In this document: positions 7,667 through 13,593 of the stretch, piece by piece
Numbering within the stretch: the first letter of the stretch is position 1
How the letters are laid out: every line of letters begins with the position of its first letter
Source of the DNA: Clostridia bacterium
GTDB taxonomy: Bacteria > Bacillota > Clostridia > Monoglobales > Monoglobaceae
Assembly: GCA_045576075.1 (NCBI GenBank)
Contig: JAZNFQ010000031.1
Location: 4,257 to 36,256, forward strand
Reading direction: 5' to 3'
DNA: 32,000 nucleotides
Notes under the pieces: generated by a model
What the model was told of the DNA's origin: nothing
What the model saw: the letters and a program-made list of their open reading frames with translations, nothing else
Databases searched by the model: none
Translations under genes and position numbers: made by a program

Positions 7667-8746
7667 CTAATCCTCCTCGTAAACTTTTGTCCCACATTTA
7701 TGACAAAACATACTGTTATTCGGGATAGAGGCACCGCAGTTTTTACAAACACTTACTTGTGCCGTTTCGTTGCTTTCATCAGCTTTATCTCCATCCGATA
7801 TGTTATATGACGAAGTATTCAAATCTTCACCCTCATCTTGAAATAGCAGGGGTGAGGGTTGGTAGCCTTCCAATACCTGTCTCCGTTTTAAAATATTAGT
7901 TCCTACGATGGAGAAAACACAAGTCCATAAAAAATAAGGACTACCAGAAGACTTGCCATTTATTAAAATAAAGAAAATCATTACCCCAAAATTGATACCA
8001 TAGCAAAAAAGATTGTATTTTGCTTTGGTTATAATCTTTTTTCGCATCAAGGCAAAGGCTAATGGGAATGTTGCATATGCCATAAGGGTAATCAGCAACA
8101 TAATTAAAAGTATTGGAACATATACTGTTGGTCCCTTTTGAAACAACTCATAATATGATAACGCTGTTTTTGCATTGCTGGACATAGCCGAATTATCAAC
8201 ATCGATTTTCTCTGAATATGGGTATTTAACACCTTCAATCAAAGATTTAAAATCATCATAATACTCATAATATTCTGTTTTGTTAATTAAAAAATAATAG
8301 CACCATCCATTATTAAAATGAAGAAAATGCAACTGTTCAATGTCATATTCTTGCCCATTTAGAGTGGGTGTTAGTTCTGCTTTGAAATAATCAACATCAT
8401 TATATGTTACTTTTTCAATATTACTGTATCCTGCTCCACTCAGGAGTTCTTTTGCATCCTCAATAGTCATGGCAGACATATTTAGATATTTACGAACTTC
8501 CTCGGTTTCTGCTTCTAAAAAGATTTCTGTTGCAATATCATAACTGCTATATGTAATCACTACTGTTCTGCTTTTATTCATAAACTTTGCGTCGAGATAT
8601 TGCCTTTCTTGAAGAAGAGGAACCTCTGACCAATTTTCAGGTAAGGTAATTTCTGTTCCTGTTTCCTGGTCTATATATGTTGATGCAGCAAAAACATTTG
8701 ATGAACATACCATAATTAAAATAAGAAATACTAATATTTTTTTCAC
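7667..8746 (-). CDS. Hypothetical membrane protein A: signal peptide, an extracytoplasmic domain of about 190 aa, three TM segments, an acidic linker and a C-terminal zinc ribbon
   Basis: 359 aa with a GTG start at 8746, 8 nt after GGAG. The N-terminus MKKILVFLILIMVCSSNVFA/AS looks like a Sec signal. The C-terminal ribbon is CKNCGASIPNNSMFCHKC and the protein ends VYEED. Confidence 0.75.
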   Translation of the reverse strand: MKKILVFLILIMVCSSNVFAASTYIDQETGTEITLPENWSEVPLLQERQYLDAKFMNKSRTVVITYSSYDIATEIFLEAETEEVRKYLNMSAMTIEDAKELLSGAGYSNIEKVTYNDVDYFKAELTPTLNGQEYDIEQLHFLHFNNGWCYYFLINKTEYYEYYDDFKSLIEGVKYPYSEKIDVDNSAMSSNAKTALSYYELFQKGPTVYVPILLIMLLITLMAYATFPLAFALMRKKIITKAKYNLFCYGINFGVMIFFILINGKSSGSPYFLWTCVFSIVGTNILKRRQVLEGYQPSPLLFQDEGEDLNTSSYNISDGDKADESNETAQVSVCKNCGASIPNNSMFCHKCGTKVYEED

Positions 8747-8801
8747 GTTTACAGCTCCATTCCAACATTATTCGGCAAAATGCCCGTCAAACCCATCGCA
8801 C

Positions 8802-10199
8802 TTACTTACCTACGCAGAAGTTTTCAAAAACCTTGTCGATAATCTCTTCCTGTACGGTTTCGCCCGTAACCTCGCCAAGTGCGGAGAGGGCGTCCTCAAG
8901 GTCGATAAACAGAAGGTCAAACGGCATAGAGTCCGCAAGAGAGCTCATAGCGTTTTTAATTGATGCCTGAGCGCGCAGGAGCGCATCTCTTTGTCTTTCG
9001 TTTGCAAGATATACCTCGTCTGCATTGAGCTTGCCGAGTGTAAACATATCGGATATTGCCTCTTCAAGAGCGTCAATCCCGCGGACCTCTTCCCCTTTCG
9101 GAGCGGAGGTATATATCACAGCCTCGGGAGAAATTCCGAAAACCTCTGTCAGACTTATATCCGAAATAACAGATTTCTTATCGGTTTTGTTTATTATCAA
9201 AATTGTGCGTTTACTTTTGAGAGCCTCTGCAATCTGCATATCCTCGTCGGTTATTTCGGTTGATGAGTCAATAACAAAAAGGCAAAGGTCGGCTGTGCGT
9301 ATGTTTTCCTTTGAGCGCTCAATACCGATTTTCTCAACCTCGTCGGACGCTGTGCGTATGCCCGCCGTATCAATAAGGCGAAGGGCGATGCCTCCTACCT
9401 CGGCAAGCTCCTCTATTGTGTCGCGGGTAGTGCCGGGGACATCTGTGACAATTGCGCGTTCAAAGCGGAGCAGAGCATTGAGGATTGATGATTTGCCGAC
9501 ATTCGGCTTGCCCACGATTGCAGTGCGGACACCGTCGCGCAGAATTTTGCCCGTATCAAAGCCGCCAAGCAGAGTTGAAACCTCTGCCTCTAAATACGAC
9601 AACTTTTCCTCAAGTTCCTCATTTGATAATGGGTCAACCTCGTCGGGATAGTCAGCAGTTGCAGAAACGTTTGCCGCAAGCAGCATAACCTCGGAGCGAA
9701 GATGATTTATCTTGTCTGCAAGAGCGCCCGTCAATGCCATCGCGGCATTATGGAGTCCAGGCGTTGAGCTTGAATTCATCAAATCCATAACCGCCTCGGC
9801 ACCGCTTAAATCGGTTTTTCCGTTTATAAACGCTCTGCGGGTAAATTCCCCCGCTTCGGCAAGACGCGCACCACTCTCAAGAAGGCTTGTCAGGATTTTA
9901 TCCGCTGCCAAAAAACCGCCGTGGCAGTTGATTTCCACGACGTTTTCACCCGTATATGATTTTGGGGCGCGCATAAGGGCAACAAGAGCCTCGTCTATGA
10001 TGCAATCGGGCGCGCTCGGGGTGGTTATGCGGCTCAGGGTCAGTTTGTGGCTCTCAAGCTCGGTAACAGATTTGTTGTTATACGGATGTGCCACCTTTGC
10101 TGCAATTTCTGCCGCATTCTCACCGCTCAGGCGAATAATGGCGATGCCTCCCGAACCTCTCGGGGTGGCAATCGCCGCAATAGTATCATTGAGTTTCAT
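8802..10199 (-). CDS. mnmE: tRNA modification GTPase MnmE (TrmE)
   Basis: The N-terminus is MKLNDTIAAIATPRGSGGIAIIRLSG. The G-domain carries GKPNVGKSS and DTAGIR. The C-terminus is FCVGK. I place the start at ATG 10199, preceded by a GGAG SD. The 36 extra N-terminal residues in the ORF track would overlap dnaA and do not look like protein. Confidence 0.95.
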   Translation of the reverse strand: MKLNDTIAAIATPRGSGGIAIIRLSGENAAEIAAKVAHPYNNKSVTELESHKLTLSRITTPSAPDCIIDEALVALMRAPKSYTGENVVEINCHGGFLAADKILTSLLESGARLAEAGEFTRRAFINGKTDLSGAEAVMDLMNSSSTPGLHNAAMALTGALADKINHLRSEVMLLAANVSATADYPDEVDPLSNEELEEKLSYLEAEVSTLLGGFDTGKILRDGVRTAIVGKPNVGKSSILNALLRFERAIVTDVPGTTRDTIEELAEVGGIALRLIDTAGIRTASDEVEKIGIERSKENIRTADLCLFVIDSSTEITDEDMQIAEALKSKRTILIINKTDKKSVISDISLTEVFGISPEAVIYTSAPKGEEVRGIDALEEAISDMFTLGKLNADEVYLANERQRDALLRAQASIKNAMSSLADSMPFDLLFIDLEDALSALGEVTGETVQEEIIDKVFENFCVGK

Positions 10200-10215
10200 A
10201 AAAGTTCTCCGTAAG

Positions 10216-11541
10216 TTAATTTTTGCGGATGTTGTTGACAAGCTCGCGAAGCTTTTCGCCAAGTTCCTCGTCACCGCTGAGGTTTGCGCGCACCTTTTTA
10301 ACAGCATTCATAACAGTAGAATGGTCGCGGTTGAAATCCTCACCTATTTGGGGATAGGATTCGTTTAAAACCTCTCTTGCAAGATACATCGCAATGTGGC
10401 GCGGATATGCCACGTCGTTTGAACGCTTTTTGGTTATAAGCGAGCCTTTTGGCAAATGGTAATATTTTTCAACCTCATCGATTATTACAGCGGTTGTGAT
10501 ATTGCGCTGCGGAAGTGTCGAAATTATCTCCTTAAGCGCCTTTTGCGCAAGCTCTATCGAGATGGTGTTTGTCCGCTCAATTCCCGCATAGGCAAGTATG
10601 CGCTTGACAGCGCCCTCAAGGTCACGGACGTTAGAGCGGATGTTGTTTGCAACATATTCGATTATCTCTTCGTCGAAAGTAAAATATTCAGCCTCAATCT
10701 TTGCACGAAGTATGGCAAGACGTGTTTCATAGTCAGGCGGCTGAACGTCAGCGAGTAACCCCATTTGAAACCTGCCCTTTAATCTGTCGGTCAGATGCGG
10801 GGTTTCAGACGGGAGTCTGTCCGAGGTCAGCACGATTTGGTTGCCCGCCTCGTATATTGCGTTAAAGGTATGGAAGAATTCTTCCTGCGCAAGCTCCTTT
10901 GTTGCAAGGAACTGAACGTCATCTACAAGCAAAAGGTCAACGTTTCGATATTTGTTGCGGAATTCCTGATTGGTTTTCTCGCGGATTGCGGTAACCAGTT
11001 CATATGTAAATTTCTCGCTCGTGGTATAGAGAACCTTTTTGTTTGGATAAAGCTCTGAAAAGCGATTTCCTATTGCCTGCAAAAGATGGGTCTTGCCAAG
11101 ACCGCTACCGCCGTAGAGAAAAAGTGGGTTATATTTCTGCCCCGGGGATTCAGCAACACCGAGAGCCGCCCCGTGTGCAAGGTTGTTGTTTCCGCCGACA
11201 ACAAAGCTGTCAAAGGAATATCTTGGATTAAGCGTGCTCCCGCGGTTAATCGGGTCCTCTGCTTTTTCCGCGCCTTCTGTTGCGAGAGCGGTATCGTTTT
11301 CGACAATTACATTAAGCTCAAAGGAACGGTCAGCGGCAAGCTCAAGACAGCTCTCTATCATTGACCGAAACTTTGTCATTATCATATTTTTATTAAGGCT
11401 GCTGCCGACAGACAGAGTGATAGTATCACTGCTGAGGTCTACTGCCTTTATGGGCTTTATCCATGTGTCAAAGGACACCGCAGAAACCTCCTCTGCCATT
11501 TGCGACAGAACGCTGTTCCAGATTTCGTTTAACTCATTCAC
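10216..11541 (-). CDS. dnaA: Chromosomal replication initiator protein DnaA
   Basis: 441 aa. Walker A is GGSGLGKTHLL and Walker B is LLLVDDVQF. The C-terminal domain IV (HSTVMNAVKKV) is present. The start is GTG, 8 nt after GGGAGG. Confidence 0.97.
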   Translation of the reverse strand: MNELNEIWNSVLSQMAEEVSAVSFDTWIKPIKAVDLSSDTITLSVGSSLNKNMIMTKFRSMIESCLELAADRSFELNVIVENDTALATEGAEKAEDPINRGSTLNPRYSFDSFVVGGNNNLAHGAALGVAESPGQKYNPLFLYGGSGLGKTHLLQAIGNRFSELYPNKKVLYTTSEKFTYELVTAIREKTNQEFRNKYRNVDLLLVDDVQFLATKELAQEEFFHTFNAIYEAGNQIVLTSDRLPSETPHLTDRLKGRFQMGLLADVQPPDYETRLAILRAKIEAEYFTFDEEIIEYVANNIRSNVRDLEGAVKRILAYAGIERTNTISIELAQKALKEIISTLPQRNITTAVIIDEVEKYYHLPKGSLITKKRSNDVAYPRHIAMYLAREVLNESYPQIGEDFNRDHSTVMNAVKKVRANLSGDEELGEKLRELVNNIRKN

Positions 11542-11594
11542 CTTTATATCCTCCCGTTAAAATCGCTGTAAAACCTGTATATTATCACACAAAA

Positions 11595-11620
11595 TGTCTG
11601 TTTTGTATACAAAACAGACA
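11595..11620. promoter_or_regulatory. Perfect 26-bp palindrome upstream of dnaA (candidate operator)
   Basis: TGTCTGTTTTGTA|TACAAAACAGACA, read directly from the sequence. It overlaps the candidate dnaA -10. Confidence 0.5.
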
Positions 11621-11632
11621 CCCCTACATCAA
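11604..11632 (-). promoter_or_regulatory. Candidate dnaA promoter
   Basis: On the minus strand: TTGATG (11632-11627), a 17-nt spacer, then TATACA (11609-11604). The -10 is weak, so this is tentative. Confidence 0.3.
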
Positions 11633-11753
11633 GTAAATTAATCAAAGAAATTATTGGTGTAATATTTCTGTAACATTAATAATAGCAGATAATTCAAAAT
11701 AATTCAACACCTAAATTTATGAAAAATTTGCATCAAAAGGCCGAAAAATAAGG

Positions 11754-11762
11754 ATATCCACA
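11754..11762 (+). promoter_or_regulatory. Near-consensus DnaA box (ATATCCACA, 8/9 match to TTATCCACA)
   Basis: This is the only 9-mer within 1 mismatch of the consensus that I could find on either strand of the 11542-11934 intergenic region. Confidence 0.5.
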
Positions 11763-11874
11763 AAATATTGTTGGAGTCAAAATTTACCTCAACAACATAT
11801 TTGGTTTTTGGTGTAAAAAAATTTTTTTAAAAATTTTTCTGAATTTTAAGGCAGTATAAAATTATTTGTGCGTA

Positions 11875-11903
11875 TTGACTTTTTCCCCAAAAAAGTGTAA
11901 AAT
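11875..11903 (+). promoter_or_regulatory. Sigma-A type promoter for gltX
   Basis: TTGACT (11875-11880), a 17-nt spacer, then TAAAAT (11898-11903), with TG immediately upstream of the -10. Confidence 0.55.
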
Positions 11904-11937
11904 TATATGATAAAACATTACTTGGAGGGAAACCTTG

Positions 11938-13593
11938 ATGAATAATGATTTGGCGGCTTGTAAACAGCTGGCGGAGCTTTTGTTTCCGCATATAGATAAG
12001 ACCCCGCAGGAGCTTGAAAAAATGTATCCGAAAAGGGAGCTTCCCGAGGGGGCAAAGGTGACGCGTATAGGGCCGAGTCCTACGGGCTTTGTGCATCTTG
12101 GGAACTTGTATAACGCAATAATAGGAGAGAGGCTTGCGCACCAGAGCGGCGGCGTGTTCTTTCTTCGCGTAGAGGATACAGATGCAAAGAGAGAGGTCGA
12201 GGGCGCGGTTGAGCTTGTACTCTCTGCAATGGCGTATTTTGGCATCAGCTTTGATGAGGGCGTAACCGAGAACGACGGACATAAGGGTGAGTATGGACCG
12301 TATCGTCAGCGCTTGCGCAAGGACATATATCAGTGCGTTGCAAAGGCGCTTGTAGAGCGCGGTATGGCATACCCTTGCTTTTGCAGCGAGGAAAAGCTGA
12401 CTGAAATGAGAGAAACTCAGATTTCGAAAAAACTGAATTTTGGATATTACGGAGAGTGGGCGGTTTGCCGCAATCTCACCTATGATGAAATAAAGTCAAA
12501 AATTGATGCGGGCGAGGAATACGTTCTCCGTTTCCGCTCAAACGGAAATATAGAAAATACAGTAGAAGTTTTTGACGGAATTCGCGGGACGCTCAAGCTT
12601 CAGGAAAATTATCAGGATTTTGTGCTTTTAAAGTCGGACGGAATACCGACCTATCATTTTGCACACGTTGTAGACGATCACCTTATGCATACAACCCACG
12701 TTGTAAGAGGCGAAGAATGGCTCTCTACACTTCCTATGCACGCACAGCTTTTTGACACGCTCGGTTGGGAGCGACCCGTATTCTGTCATACCCCTGTTTT
12801 GATGAAGATGGACGGGGAAACAAAGCGTAAGCTGTCAAAGAGAAAAGACCCCGAGCTTGGACTTGAATACTATCGCGCAGAGGGCTATCTGCCGGAAGCC
12901 GTATGGGAATATCTTATGACGGTTCTCAATTCCAATTTTGAGGAATGGCGCGCTGAGAACATAGACCGCGATATAGACGAATTTGACTTCACTCTTGAAA
13001 AGATGAGTAATTCAGGCGCTCTTTTTGACATAATGAAGTTTGACGATATCAGCCGCGAGCTTATTTTCAGAATGAGTCCCGATGATATTTATGAGAAGAT
13101 GTCCGACTGGCTCTTTGAATATGACAAGGAGTTTTATGAACTCTTTACAAGGGATGCAGAGCTTACCAAGAAGGCTATAAATGTCGGCAGGGATGCCGCG
13201 CGTCCGCGCAAGGATTTGACGAACTGGCGTCAGGCAAGAGAGTTTTTATCGATTTATTATGACGAGAGCCTGAAGATGGAAAATGACTTCCCCGAGAACG
13301 TCAGCGCAGGCGACAGAGCAGAGATTATAGACAGATACCTTTCAGGGTATAATCATAATGATGATAATTCAGAGTGGTTCGAGAAGGTCCGCACAATCAC
13401 GGGGGACCTTGGCTATGCAATAAAGCCCAAGGATTATAAGAAGAACCCCGAGATGTATAAGGGCAGCATCACAGATGTCAGCAATGTTATCCGTGTTGCG
13501 CTCACCGGGCGGACAAACTCGCCTGATTTGTGGGAGATATGCCATATAATCGGAGAGGGCGCAATGCGCAAGAGATTAGAGGAGGCAAAATAA
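11938..13593 (+). CDS. gltX: Glutamate--tRNA ligase (long form, about 550 aa)
   Basis: The HIGH-region reads PSPTGFVHLGN and the KMSKS-type loop reads KLSKRK. I prefer ATG at 11938, 8 nt after GGAGGG. The track begins one codon earlier, at TTG 11935. Confidence 0.88.
   Translation: MNNDLAACKQLAELLFPHIDKTPQELEKMYPKRELPEGAKVTRIGPSPTGFVHLGNLYNAIIGERLAHQSGGVFFLRVEDTDAKREVEGAVELVLSAMAYFGISFDEGVTENDGHKGEYGPYRQRLRKDIYQCVAKALVERGMAYPCFCSEEKLTEMRETQISKKLNFGYYGEWAVCRNLTYDEIKSKIDAGEEYVLRFRSNGNIENTVEVFDGIRGTLKLQENYQDFVLLKSDGIPTYHFAHVVDDHLMHTTHVVRGEEWLSTLPMHAQLFDTLGWERPVFCHTPVLMKMDGETKRKLSKRKDPELGLEYYRAEGYLPEAVWEYLMTVLNSNFEEWRAENIDRDIDEFDFTLEKMSNSGALFDIMKFDDISRELIFRMSPDDIYEKMSDWLFEYDKEFYELFTRDAELTKKAINVGRDAARPRKDLTNWRQAREFLSIYYDESLKMENDFPENVSAGDRAEIIDRYLSGYNHNDDNSEWFEKVRTITGDLGYAIKPKDYKKNPEMYKGSITDVSNVIRVALTGRTNSPDLWEICHIIGEGAMRKRLEEAK

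Noticed and set aside
10200-10307. A 36-codon N-terminal extension of the mnmE ORF (the track start at 10307), which overlaps the 3' end of dnaA
   Set aside because: The extension (MLLKRCAQTSAVTRNLAKSF...) has no MnmE similarity. The conserved MnmE N-terminus begins at MKLNDTIAAIATPRG, with a GGAG SD in front of ATG 10199.
9025-10368. Long plus-strand ORFs antisense to mnmE and dnaA (9025-9651, 208 aa; 9712-10368, 218 aa)
   Set aside because: Their composition is Ser/Ala/Arg-rich and low-complexity, which is typical of the antisense frame of a GC-richer gene. They are fully contained in well-supported genes, have no SD and show no recognisable motifs.
11542-11934. Calling this spacer oriC outright
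   Set aside because: I could find only one 9-mer within 1 mismatch of the DnaA-box consensus, and no box cluster. Without a GC-skew calculation or a matrix scan, the origin cannot be asserted. It is reported as a question, not as a feature.
11904-11937. T-box or riboswitch leaders upstream of gltX, the MetRS-like gene and asnS
   Set aside because: The leaders are far too short. There are about 30 nt from the gltX promoter to the start codon, 0 nt between gltX and the MetRS-like gene, and 17 nt before asnS. A T-box needs roughly 200 nt or more.
11827-12282. Minus-strand ORFs (151 aa and 127 aa) overlapping the gltX start
   Set aside because: They are antisense to gltX and run into the promoter region. 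They have no SD and their composition is implausible for a protein.
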